64,000 nt of DNA. Origin: Chromatiaceae bacterium (GTDB taxonomy: Bacteria > Pseudomonadota > Gammaproteobacteria > Chromatiales > Chromatiaceae). Each line of letters begins with the position of its first letter. Position 1 is the stretch's first letter. The notes below the pieces were generated by a model, which did not search any database, was not told the DNA's origin, and saw only the letters and a list, made by a program, of their open reading frames with translations. The DNA lies in contig JACKMT010000005.1 of NCBI GenBank assembly GCA_024235255.1, positions 39,836-103,835 on the forward strand, read 5' to 3'. Positions 29,505 to 38,913 of the stretch are shown here, piece by piece. The translations under genes and the position numbers were made by a program.

Positions 29505-29545
29505 AAAAAAGCGCCGTTCGGGGGTTGGTCCGACGGCGCTTTTTA
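29505..29545. terminator. bidirectional intrinsic terminator between the convergent ydgA-like gene and prk
   Basis: aaaaaa-gcgccgttcg-(loop)-cgacggcgc-ttttt: GC-rich stem flanked by an A-run and a T-run. Confidence 0.7.
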
Positions 29546-29569
29546 GACCCGTTCCCGATTTTTGTTCTG

Positions 29570-30442
29570 TTAGTGTCCTGCCTTCTCCATCATACGTTCG
29601 ATGATAGGTTGCAGTATTATCTCCATTGCAAAGCCCATTTTACCGCCGGGAACCACAAGCGAATTACGCCGCGACATAAATGATCCTTCAAGCATGGATA
29701 GCAGGAAAGGAAAGTCCGTATTCAGTTTTTTCGGATCGCGAAAACGGATGACAACGAAACTTTCGTCCGGCGTTGGAATGTCGCGCGCGATAAACGGGTT
29801 GGAGGTATCCACTGTCGGCACCCGCTGAAAGTTGATATCAGTGCGGGAGAACTGAGGCGTAATGTGGTTGATATAGTCGGGCATGCGCCGCAGGATGGTA
29901 TCGACGATTGCCTCCTCACTGTAGCCACGTTCTGCATTGTCGCGAAAAATTTTCTGAATCCACTCCAGATTGACGATCGGCACCACGCCCACGCCCAGAT
30001 CGACGTGCTGGGCGATATTGTATTGTTCGGTTACCGCGAGGCCGTGCAGTCCCTCATAGAAGAGCAGGTCGGTGCTGCTCTCCAACTCCTCCCAAGGGGT
30101 GAACTCACCGGCTTTTTTTTCGGTACCGAGACGCGCATTGTGCTCCTCGGCCTCTTCCTGGCTGTGCAGATAGTAGCGCTTCATCCCGGTACCGGTTTCG
30201 CCGTATGTCCGAAATAACTCTTCGAGTTTGTCGAAGCAGTTTGCGTCCGGGCCGAAGTGGCTTAAACCCTCAGTGATCTTCTGGCGCATCGCTGCCCGAT
30301 CGAAACAGTGGAAGCTGTCCCCTTCGACAACGGCAGGATTGAAGCCGTCACGGTAGAAAATATGCTCGAAAGCGCGCTTTACTGTGGTTGTTCCAGCGCC
30401 TGATGAGCCGGTAACCGCAATGACAGGATGCTGTGTGGACAT
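29570..30442 (-). CDS. prk: phosphoribulokinase
   Basis: MSTQHPVIAVTGSSGAGTTTVKRAFEHIF... P-loop and full-length similarity to bacterial PrkB/CbbP. Start at codon 10 of ORF 29570-30469. Confidence 0.93.
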   Translation of the reverse strand: MSTQHPVIAVTGSSGAGTTTVKRAFEHIFYRDGFNPAVVEGDSFHCFDRAAMRQKITEGLSHFGPDANCFDKLEELFRTYGETGTGMKRYYLHSQEEAEEHNARLGTEKKAGEFTPWEELESSTDLLFYEGLHGLAVTEQYNIAQHVDLGVGVVPIVNLEWIQKIFRDNAERGYSEEAIVDTILRRMPDYINHITPQFSRTDINFQRVPTVDTSNPFIARDIPTPDESFVVIRFRDPKKLNTDFPFLLSMLEGSFMSRRNSLVVPGGKMGFAMEIILQPIIERMMEKAGH

Positions 30443-30828
30443 GTTCATCTCCCTAAAGTGTTGCACCATGCTATCCAGCGATAACTGTATGATTAAACTG
30501 GAATAGTACCGATTCAGTCAGCCATGAAAACGCAACATACAAGTTCAAGGCATGGCAATCGAATTGCGGAATATATCACGAACCCAAAAAATCCTGACGA
30601 TCCCTGTGCTGATGATTGGCTAAGATAATTCTATGAAAAAAACTTTGGGAGGTTCCGGATAGAGCGCCGGGTTGCAGGCGAATTGGCGCCGTTGGTGGAG
30701 GAGCGACTGCACGGTATATCCGAAGCCAACTGTCGGTGTCCGGCAAAAGGGCGCGAACCGAGGTGTGATAACTAAAGGGAGTAGTGGCGTGCTGCTACCA
30801 ATAACCCGCAAATGCTGCTGAGCGGTTG

Positions 30829-30862
30829 GAGTTTCGCTGCTCTGGGGGGAGCAGCGAAACTC
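30829..30862. terminator. perfect 14-bp stem / 6-nt loop hairpin downstream of nhaD (no U-tract)
   Basis: gagtttcgctgctc tggggg gagcagcgaaactc, 47 nt beyond the nhaD stop. Confidence 0.4.
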
Positions 30863-30908
30863 GGACTAATAAAGGTGTATCCGGTTTGGTTTTCCGGCGA
30901 AATGCCTA

Positions 30909-32366
30909 TCAGAACATGCGCGAGTTGATCCAGAGGTGACTCAATATGCTCGCCGCATAGCCTAATGCGATCACCGGGGTCCATTTCAGATGGCCGAAGA
31001 AGGTGTATTTACCGCGTGCCTGGCCCATCAGCGCGACGCCCGCAGCCGACCCGATCGAGAGCAGGGAGCCGCCGACGCCGGCGGTGAGGGTTACCAGCAA
31101 CCACTGGCCCATGGCCATATCGGGCATCATGGTGAGCACCGCAAACATCACCGGAATGTTGTCGACGATGGCGGAGAGGAGGCCGACGATCACGTTGGCG
31201 TAGGTAGCGCCGAGGCCAACGTACATCAATTCAGACACCAGGGCCAGATAGCCGATGAAACCGAGACCGCCGACGCAGAGTACTACACCATAGAAGAAGA
31301 ACAGGGTGTCCCACTCCGCACGGGCAACTTTTCTGAACACGTCAAACGCGACCGGATCGCCCATTTGGGCGTCATGCTCCATTTCGGTCTCATCATCCAG
31401 CGAAAAGGGACGGTCCATGTGAAAGGTTTTCTTCAGGTAAAAGCCGAAGAACTGCAGGTATGCCAGGCCGGTGAGCATGCCGATGACCGGTGGCATGTGC
31501 AGGAAGTTGTGAAAGCTGACCGCGGTGGTGATGATCATCAGGAACAGGAAGATGATCCGTTTTGCGCCGCGCTTCATCGGAACCGCTTTACCCCCACCGG
31601 TGGGTTTCTCATTGGGCACCGCCATGATCATGAACGCTGCCGGCACGAACCAGTTGATCAGCGAAGGTATGAACAGGGCGAAGAAGGCCCAGAAATCGAC
31701 CACGCCCTGAGCCGTTGTCACGCCCTTTTGCCATACCATCAGCGTGGTGATATCGCCGAACGGACTGAATGCGCCGCCGGCATTTGCCGCCACCACGATA
31801 TTGATGCAGGCAAGCAGCACAAACTTGGTATTGTCGCCGCCCACTGCCATCACCACCGCGCACATCAGTAGCGCTGTAGTGAGGTTGTCGGCCACCGGCG
31901 AGATGAAGAAGGCCAAGATGCCGGTGATCCAGAACAGCGAGCGGAAGCCGAATCCTTTGCGCACCAGCCAGGAGCGCAGCGCCTCGAATACATTGCGTTC
32001 ATCCATTGCGTTGATATAGGTCATCGCCACCAGCAGGAACAACATCAGCTCGGCGTATTCGAGCAGATTGTGCCGAACTGCCTGTTCTGTGACATGGACA
32101 CCCAGCTCCGGATGGCTCTGATACACCATGGCGATGATTGCCCAGATGATGCCGGCGGCAAGGATGACCGGTTTCGATTTGCGCAGGTGGGTGAATTCTT
32201 CCGCCATGACCAGCCCGTAGGCCACCACAAATATGGCTATTGCGGTGTAACCCGCCCAGTGGTGGGTGAGATCCAGCCGGCTTCCGTCGCCGCCCGATGC
32301 CAGCGCAATGCCAGGGAGTGCAACTGAGAGAAACAGCAGGAGTAGCTTTTGAAGTGAATTGGTCAC
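30909..32366 (-). CDS. nhaD: Na+/H+ antiporter NhaD family
   Basis: 485-aa polytopic membrane ORF with signal-like N-terminus. HLRKSKPVILAAGIIW, DNLTTALL and AGGAFSPFGDITT segments typical of NhaD. Confidence 0.82.
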   Translation of the reverse strand: MTNSLQKLLLLFLSVALPGIALASGGDGSRLDLTHHWAGYTAIAIFVVAYGLVMAEEFTHLRKSKPVILAAGIIWAIIAMVYQSHPELGVHVTEQAVRHNLLEYAELMLFLLVAMTYINAMDERNVFEALRSWLVRKGFGFRSLFWITGILAFFISPVADNLTTALLMCAVVMAVGGDNTKFVLLACINIVVAANAGGAFSPFGDITTLMVWQKGVTTAQGVVDFWAFFALFIPSLINWFVPAAFMIMAVPNEKPTGGGKAVPMKRGAKRIIFLFLMIITTAVSFHNFLHMPPVIGMLTGLAYLQFFGFYLKKTFHMDRPFSLDDETEMEHDAQMGDPVAFDVFRKVARAEWDTLFFFYGVVLCVGGLGFIGYLALVSELMYVGLGATYANVIVGLLSAIVDNIPVMFAVLTMMPDMAMGQWLLVTLTAGVGGSLLSIGSAAGVALMGQARGKYTFFGHLKWTPVIALGYAASILSHLWINSRMF

Positions 32367-32601
32367 ATTAGGATCCTGAAATTATGATTTATTGTTGAAC
32401 GAATTTATAACAACAAACAACAGGCGGCTGCTCACCGCGTTTTTCATTGAAACAAAATTGTAATCAATATCAAAGCAACAGTGGTGTATTGATCCTTAAA
32501 TTAATCTGGGGCGGGCCACACTATACCCTTTAATCGGGTTAAGTGATTTATTAAATCCTAAAATTTATTTAAGCTGATCCATTTGTTGGGCGCTGGACCA
32601 G

Positions 32602-34077
32602 ATGGATTTTCCGGATATGGGCATTCTAACGCTGCTTTTGATGCTACCTTTATTCGGCGCTGCGCTGGTCGCTGCAATGCCGTCTGACTCGGAACGCGCA
32701 ATCCGGAGCATAGCACTTGTCACGGGGTTGCTGACACTGGCAATCGCCTGGGGCCTGCTGCTTAGTTTTGACGTCCAGCTGCACGGCATGCAGTTCGCTG
32801 AGATACATCGCTGGAACCCGCGCATGGGGACCTCTTTCGCCCTCGGGGTTGACGGCTTCTCCTTGCCGATGGTGCTGCTGGCCACGCTATTGAGCTTTGT
32901 CGCAATACTGGCGTCGGGCAATATCCGGCAGTCAACCAAGATCTATTATCTGCTGATGCTGGTGCTGGAAGCCGCCATGCTGGGCGTTTTCCTGGCGCAG
33001 GATTGGGCCCTTTTTTACGTCTTTTGGGAGCTGACGCTGATCCCGCTGTTTTTTCTCATCGATCGCTGGGGCGGTGCCAACCGCCACGGTGCGGCGCTCA
33101 ATTTCTTTCTCTATACAATGGGTGGGTCGGTTTTTTTACTCATCAGCCTGTTGGTGCTGTTTGATATCGTACCCGGCCACTCGTTTTCGATGGCCGAGAT
33201 TGCCAAAGTTGCTGCAGCGTTGCCCGAACAGACCCAGGTCCTGATTTTTCTCGGTTTTCTGCTTGGATTCGGTGTCAAGATGCCGATTTTTCCGATTCAC
33301 GGTTGGCTGCCGCTGGCTCATGTGGAGGCACCCAGCCCGGTCAGTATTCTGCTTTCCGGCATTCTGCTGAAGATGGGATCCTATGGTTTGATCCGGGCCA
33401 CCGGCACGCTGCCTGACGGGGTATCGGCGCTGCAGGGCGTGTTGATCGCGCTGGCGCTCGTCAGCCTGATCTACGGTGGATTGCTGGCCTGGCGGCAGAG
33501 TGACCTGAAGGCGATGATCGCCTACTCGTCGGTCAGCCATATGGGTGTAGTGCTGGTCGGGATCGCAGCGTTGAACGTGGCCGGCCTCACCGGCGCGGTC
33601 ATGCAGATGGTGGCCCACGGACTGGTAGCGGGTGCGCTGTTTCTGCTGATCGGCCTAATGTATGAACGGACCCACACCCGCAATATCGACGACTACAGCT
33701 CGCTGGTTCGGGTAACGCCCCGCTTTGCAGTGCTTACCACGCTGGCTTTTGTGGCTGCGGTGAGCCTGCCCGGAACCGTAGGCTTTATCGCTGAACTGCA
33801 CGCGCTGATCGGTGGGTTTCAGCGGTGGGGCTGGCTGGTGCTGCTGCTCAGCCTCGGTGTTATGATCAGCGCCGCTTACGCGATCCGTACAGTCGGCCGG
33901 CTGTTTACCGGACCGGTAAGCGCGCGTATGCGCCACATTCCGGATTTGCGCGGGGTGGAAATGGTCGCCGCCTCTGTGCTGACCGCCGGCATAGTGCTGT
34001 TGGGTCTCTTTCCCGCTCCGGCGTTGCGCCTGGTATCCGCTTCGGTCTCTCATTTCAGCTCGGTGTTCGGCGTCTGA
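32602..34077 (+). CDS. complex I subunit 4 (NuoM/MrpD/NdhD)-like antiporter-type membrane protein, first gene of the DabA operon
   Basis: 491-aa ORF. GVDGFSLPMVLL, FYVFWELTLIPLFFLI (TM5 Glu), GFGVKMPIFPIHGWLPLAHVEAP (TM7 Lys), LLKMGSYG, SVSHMG. The stop overlaps the dabA ATG (TGATG). Confidence 0.88.
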   Translation: MDFPDMGILTLLLMLPLFGAALVAAMPSDSERAIRSIALVTGLLTLAIAWGLLLSFDVQLHGMQFAEIHRWNPRMGTSFALGVDGFSLPMVLLATLLSFVAILASGNIRQSTKIYYLLMLVLEAAMLGVFLAQDWALFYVFWELTLIPLFFLIDRWGGANRHGAALNFFLYTMGGSVFLLISLLVLFDIVPGHSFSMAEIAKVAAALPEQTQVLIFLGFLLGFGVKMPIFPIHGWLPLAHVEAPSPVSILLSGILLKMGSYGLIRATGTLPDGVSALQGVLIALALVSLIYGGLLAWRQSDLKAMIAYSSVSHMGVVLVGIAALNVAGLTGAVMQMVAHGLVAGALFLLIGLMYERTHTRNIDDYSSLVRVTPRFAVLTTLAFVAAVSLPGTVGFIAELHALIGGFQRWGWLVLLLSLGVMISAAYAIRTVGRLFTGPVSARMRHIPDLRGVEMVAASVLTAGIVLLGLFPAPALRLVSASVSHFSSVFGV

Positions 34078-37000
34078 TGTCTGCGCCATCGCCTAAAGCA
34101 AAGGATATTCGCGACCAACTGAGGGAGGCGATCGGTCATTTCGAACACACGCTTCCAGGCCAGGCACCGATCCGGGACTTCGTCCATCACAATACACTTC
34201 ATGGCTTCCAGCACCTGCATTTTGCCGAGGCACTGGCTGCTGCGGAACGGCTTACCGGTGCGCGTGGATTTCTTGCACCTGATCAGTTCCGGGCGCTCTA
34301 CGCCGCAGGGCGTATAACGCAGGCGGATCTGCTGAAAGTGCTGCAAACGGATCCGGACTTGAATGCAGCGGAAGTCATCGCGTCCGCCGGGCAGCGCGAG
34401 TTGCGCCGACTGGATCTCTATCTGATTGCGTTGTTACATCCGCTGAAAGCGGTTACCGCCGGTCAGCTGAATTGGCAAATCGAGGAGCTGCAGGCGTTGC
34501 GCCGTTTCCAGTCCGATGTCGGGAAAGCTGATCGCAGCCGCTTGCTTGCTGCGGCTTGTAAAACCGGCACCGACGGCGAGGAGCCGGCGATAGCGGAGCT
34601 TTGGCATGCCTGCCTGGAGGGATTGGGACTTACCCACTACCTCTTGCATCCTGAAGATCTGGTCGATCTGTCGGCGGAGCAGGCGCAGAAGATGTTGCTG
34701 GATCTCATCGGTGAGGAGGAGAGCGCAGCACAGCCGGCCATGGATCGGCTGATCCGCAAGGAGTCGGAGCATCTGTTGAGCCAGTTGCTCGAACGCGTCG
34801 GCAGGGATCTGACCCTGGCCGGGTTTCTGCATGCTATTACCGGACACGACGTGCGGGAGGATCTACACCAGGATTTGCTGCGCCAGGTTGCGGGATATCT
34901 CGACCAGGGGGTCGCCTTCTGGCACAGCGCAACGGTTGCTGAAGGCTTCTATCAGGTATGGCGCCGTAACGCTTTCCAGGACCTCAACTGGGTATTTGAG
35001 GAGATGTCCGACTGGCGCAGCCACCTGGAGTCGCTGCCTGATGATCCCATAGAGACGATCGTAATGGAGCTGCGTCGGCTCGGTCTGCGGCAGGAGAAGT
35101 GGGCCGATTATCTGCAGCAGCTGGCGCTGGAGCTGCCGGGTTGGTCGGGTATGTTTCTTTGGCGCCACCAGCATCCCGGTGCTCCGGGAACAGAGTCCGT
35201 ACGGGTTGAGATGGTTGATTACCTGGCGGTGCGAATAGTGCTTGAGCATATGTATTGCCAGCGCCTGTGCAGTCAATTCTGGCAGCTGGAAGCGAATCTG
35301 GATCTGATCCGCTGGCGTTTTCGGCATTACAGCGCCGAATTTTTAGTCCGTTATTCCCTCTATAGCGCACGCCTGCCGGAGTATCTCGCGGACCTCGCGC
35401 AGCATTTGACCGAGCACAGTGCGCAGCATGGACCGGGTGAGGATGCCTGGTGGCATCTGGCGCATATGGTCAGTACCTGGCGCCAGAGCCCTGCCGCCGA
35501 TCGCCCCCTTGGACACAGTGTTTACCGCAGTGCCTGGCGTCTGTTCCGGCTGTCCCAACATCTCGGATTATGCGGCGCGGATATCCGTGCTCTGGAGCAG
35601 CCGCAACTGGAGGAGATGCTGGCGACAATTGAGCGTCTGGCTGCGCAGCAGCAGGGATTCATCTGGCTCCAGGCTTACGAACTTCAGTACCGCGACCGGC
35701 TGTTCAGCGCGCTGCTGGCCAACCGCGGGCGTGCGCCCGGGCGCGTTGTCGGTGCATTGGCACAACTGGTCTTCTGCATGGACGACCGGGAGGAGGGTTT
35801 CCGCCGTCACCTGGAAGAGATCGAACCCGGTGTGGAGACTTATGGCGGTGCTGCACATTTCAATGTTCCCAACATCTGGCGCGATCTGGATGGTGCGATA
35901 TCCAAACTGACTCCCGTGGTGGTGAAGCCGGTGCATGAGATCCGCGAAGTTCCCAGATCCGGCAGCGAGGCGTTACTGCGGCGGCGGATTGTCAGGCGCG
36001 CCCGCCGCTTCCGGCTCGGGCGTCTGCTGCACCAGGAGATGCGGCGCAATCTGTTCAGTTCAGTGCCGCTGATCGCGCTGGCGGCGCCGGGTGCGCTGCT
36101 CGCACTGCTGGGAAAACTGCTCTTCCCGTTGGGGTTCGGTATCCGGTCGTCGCGTCTGCGCCGTCGCTACGATCTGGAGGTGCCGACCAGGCTGGCGCTG
36201 ACCGCCGAAGATGGCGCTGCCGAGCCGACGCCCGAGCATCCGCGAAGCGGATTTACTGAAGTCGAGCAGTTGGACCGGATCGAGACGCTGCTGCGCAATA
36301 TCGGGTTGATCGATCGGTTTTCCCGGCTGGTGGTGATCATGGCGCACGGCTCCAGCAGCCAGAATAATCCGCATCTCGCCGCGTATGACTGCGGCGCCTG
36401 CAGCGGCCGCCACAGCGGGCCCAACGCGAGAATCGCCGCTGCCATCGCGAACCGGCCGGAGATTCGCCGGCGTCTCTCATCCGAGCGGGGTATTTCCATT
36501 CCTGCCACAACCTGGTTCATCGGAGCCGAACACAATACCTGTAGTGAGGCGATCGAATGGTACGACCTGCAGGATCTGCCAACCGGCCTGGTGGACGAGT
36601 TCACCCAGCTGCAGCGTTCATTGAACGAGGCGGGGCGCCGTCACGCGCACGAGCGCTGCCGGCGTCTGGCTTCGGCGCCTAAGTCGGCTAGCCTGGATCA
36701 GGCTTTGCGGCATGTGCAGAGGCGCGCCCTCGATTTCAGTCAGGCGCGTCCGGAGTTGGGGCATGCCACCAACGCGGCGGCTTTCGTCGGCCGCCGCTGT
36801 ATCAGCCGCGGCGTATTCTTCGACCGCCGGGTGTTTCTTATCTCCTATGACTACGCCACTGACCCGGATGGCAAGGTGCTCGAGCGCCTGCTGCTGGCCA
36901 ATGCGCCGGTCGGCGCGGGCATCAATCTGGAGTACTACTTCTCCACGGTGGACAACCGGCGCTACGGTTCCGGTTCCAAGGTGACGCATAACATAACCGG

Positions 37001-37370
37001 CCTGTTTGGCGTGATGGATGGCACTGCATCCGATTTACGCACCGGATTGCCGCTGCAGATGGTCGAGATACATGAGGCAATGCGGCTGCAGGTCGTGGTG
37101 GAGGCCAGTAGCGAGACGCTCAGTGTAATTTACCGCCGCCAGCCAGAGTTGCAGGAGCTGATCGGCAACGGCTGGATCCTGCTTTCGGTGCTGGATCCCG
37201 ACTCCGGCACGATCGCCGAGTTTAAACCCGATCAGGGTTTTGTTCCGTGGATTGGAGAGGCGGCCGCGACGCGCCGGGCGGCCAGCTCTGCCGACTGTTA
37301 CCGCGGTCAGAGCGGCCCGGTGGCGCCGGTTCTGGTAACCGCCGAATTGGCAGCGACCGATGTTGCATAG
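34077..37370 (+). CDS. dabA: DabA (DUF2309/PF10070) probable inorganic-carbon transporter subunit, 1097 aa
   Basis: MSAPSPKAKDIRDQLREAIGHFEHTLPGQAPIRDFVHHNTLHGF (family N-terminus). FCMDDREEGFRRHLE and MAHGSSSQNNPHLAAYDCGACSG give the Cys-x-Asp...His-x14-Cys beta-CA-like ligand set. Start chosen at the ATG overlapping the upstream stop, not at 33825. Confidence 0.9.
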   Translation: MSAPSPKAKDIRDQLREAIGHFEHTLPGQAPIRDFVHHNTLHGFQHLHFAEALAAAERLTGARGFLAPDQFRALYAAGRITQADLLKVLQTDPDLNAAEVIASAGQRELRRLDLYLIALLHPLKAVTAGQLNWQIEELQALRRFQSDVGKADRSRLLAAACKTGTDGEEPAIAELWHACLEGLGLTHYLLHPEDLVDLSAEQAQKMLLDLIGEEESAAQPAMDRLIRKESEHLLSQLLERVGRDLTLAGFLHAITGHDVREDLHQDLLRQVAGYLDQGVAFWHSATVAEGFYQVWRRNAFQDLNWVFEEMSDWRSHLESLPDDPIETIVMELRRLGLRQEKWADYLQQLALELPGWSGMFLWRHQHPGAPGTESVRVEMVDYLAVRIVLEHMYCQRLCSQFWQLEANLDLIRWRFRHYSAEFLVRYSLYSARLPEYLADLAQHLTEHSAQHGPGEDAWWHLAHMVSTWRQSPAADRPLGHSVYRSAWRLFRLSQHLGLCGADIRALEQPQLEEMLATIERLAAQQQGFIWLQAYELQYRDRLFSALLANRGRAPGRVVGALAQLVFCMDDREEGFRRHLEEIEPGVETYGGAAHFNVPNIWRDLDGAISKLTPVVVKPVHEIREVPRSGSEALLRRRIVRRARRFRLGRLLHQEMRRNLFSSVPLIALAAPGALLALLGKLLFPLGFGIRSSRLRRRYDLEVPTRLALTAEDGAAEPTPEHPRSGFTEVEQLDRIETLLRNIGLIDRFSRLVVIMAHGSSSQNNPHLAAYDCGACSGRHSGPNARIAAAIANRPEIRRRLSSERGISIPATTWFIGAEHNTCSEAIEWYDLQDLPTGLVDEFTQLQRSLNEAGRRHAHERCRRLASAPKSASLDQALRHVQRRALDFSQARPELGHATNAAAFVGRRCISRGVFFDRRVFLISYDYATDPDGKVLERLLLANAPVGAGINLEYYFSTVDNRRYGSGSKVTHNITGLFGVMDGTASDLRTGLPLQMVEIHEAMRLQVVVEASSETLSVIYRRQPELQELIGNGWILLSVLDPDSGTIAEFKPDQGFVPWIGEAAATRRAASSADCYRGQSGPVAPVLVTAELAATDVA

Positions 37371-38913
37371 TCTGGTTTGGCTGATCCCGCTGCTGCCGCT
37401 GCTGGCCGCCGGCTGGATCGGGCTGAGTATGGTCGTTGGTTGGCAGGCCGGTGAGCCCGGAGAGCGGGCGACCGCGCGGGTGGCGATGGTGGCGGTGCTG
37501 ATGCCGTTGCTGCTGCTGCTGCTGCTGGATATCAGCGCGTTGTTCCGGGCGGCGCCGGGACAGCTGGTGTTTGGGAGTTGGCTGGCCAGCGGGGATTACC
37601 GGATTCTGATCAGCTTCACGCTGGATGCGTTCGGGCTGTCAATGGCTACTCTGGTTGCGCTGATCTGTCTGCTGACGCTCGCCTTTTCTGTCGACTACAT
37701 GCACCGGGAGGCAGGATTTCAGCGCTTTTTCATGATCCTCAGCCTGTTTAGCGCGGCCATGTTGTTGCTGGTAACGGCGGGCAACGCGGTGCTCGCCTTT
37801 ATCGGCTGGGAGTTGGCCGGTGTCAGTTCTTATCTGCTGATCGGGTACGTTTATGAGCGAAAAACCGCTGGGGCAAATGCCACCCGTGCATTCGTCACCA
37901 ATAAAATCGGTGACACCGGATTCATTCTGGGCATTGCGCTCGGTTTTCTCTGGTTGGGAGGTGTCGAGTGGCCGCAAATGGCGACCGGCAGTGGCGAGGT
38001 GGAACCGCTGTTCAATGGGCTTATCGGTCTTGGGTTCCTGCTGGCGGCTTTGGTCAAATCCGCTCAGGTTCCGTTCACTCCTTGGATCAGCCGTGCGCTG
38101 GAAGGTCCGACACCCTCGAGTGCTGTGTTCTACGGATCGCTGATGGTGCATGCCGGGGTCTTCCTGGTAATTCGGCTGGAACCCCTCTTTGCTCAGGTAC
38201 AGGCGCTGCTGATCCTGGCTGGTCTGCTGGGCCTGATGACCGCGCTCTACGGCTGGCTCGTCGGTTTGGTCCAGACCGATATCAAGAGCGCGCTCATCTT
38301 TGCCACCATCGCCCAGGTGGGTTTGATGTTTCTGGAATGCGGTCTGGGCTGGTTCGAATTGGCCGCCTGGCACCTGGCACTGCATGCAGCATGGCGTAGT
38401 TATCAGTTTCTGCACGCACCCGCGCTACTGCAGCTGTTAAGCGGCCCCGGACCGTGCGCTCCCGCCTGGCTGCGTCGTCGGACACGCCTTCATGCAGCGG
38501 CGGTACAGCGTTTCTGGCTGGACGCCATGGCCGACTGGCTGCTGCTGCGGCCGACCCATGCACTGGCACAGGATCTACAGGATTTTGACCAACGGGTAGT
38601 GACACGGATGGTCGGGCTTCCCGACCAGGCAGGAAACCTGAACTCGCTGGCCCGCTGGGAAGCGCTGCGGCAGGGGCGTGGCGATGTCGACACCGCCGTC
38701 GGCCATGGTCGCGGCATGGCGGGCAGGCTGATGGAGTGGCTCGCCAAGGTTTTGTACTGGTTCGAAGAGCACCTGGTGCTGCAGGGTGCGGGCGAGGGCC
38801 TGAAGCGCGCCATCGATCTGCTCGGCGGTTATCTCAAGCGGATTGAAGAGCTGCTCGGTCAGCCGCGTTATCTGCTGCTGCTGATCATGGCCACCTTTGC
38901 GGTGATCATATGA
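37360..38913 (+). CDS. dabB: DabB-type NuoL/MrpA-like proton-conducting membrane subunit
   Basis: 517-aa ORF. SVDYMHREAGFQRFF, FIGWELAGVSSYLLIGY, AFVTNKIGDTGF, LVKSAQVPFTPWISRALEGPTP. NuoL-like N-terminal core without the long C-terminal lateral helix region. Overlaps dabA by 11 nt. Confidence 0.85.
   Translation: MLHSLVWLIPLLPLLAAGWIGLSMVVGWQAGEPGERATARVAMVAVLMPLLLLLLLDISALFRAAPGQLVFGSWLASGDYRILISFTLDAFGLSMATLVALICLLTLAFSVDYMHREAGFQRFFMILSLFSAAMLLLVTAGNAVLAFIGWELAGVSSYLLIGYVYERKTAGANATRAFVTNKIGDTGFILGIALGFLWLGGVEWPQMATGSGEVEPLFNGLIGLGFLLAALVKSAQVPFTPWISRALEGPTPSSAVFYGSLMVHAGVFLVIRLEPLFAQVQALLILAGLLGLMTALYGWLVGLVQTDIKSALIFATIAQVGLMFLECGLGWFELAAWHLALHAAWRSYQFLHAPALLQLLSGPGPCAPAWLRRRTRLHAAAVQRFWLDAMADWLLLRPTHALAQDLQDFDQRVVTRMVGLPDQAGNLNSLARWEALRQGRGDVDTAVGHGRGMAGRLMEWLAKVLYWFEEHLVLQGAGEGLKRAIDLLGGYLKRIEELLGQPRYLLLLIMATFAVII

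Noticed and set aside
33825-34076. Upstream extension that would make DabA a 1181-aa protein
   Set aside because: The extension overlaps the 3' end of the upstream NuoM-like gene in another frame and is Arg/Gly-rich nonsense. The ATG at 34077 overlaps the upstream stop (TGATG), and the family-typical N-terminus follows immediately.
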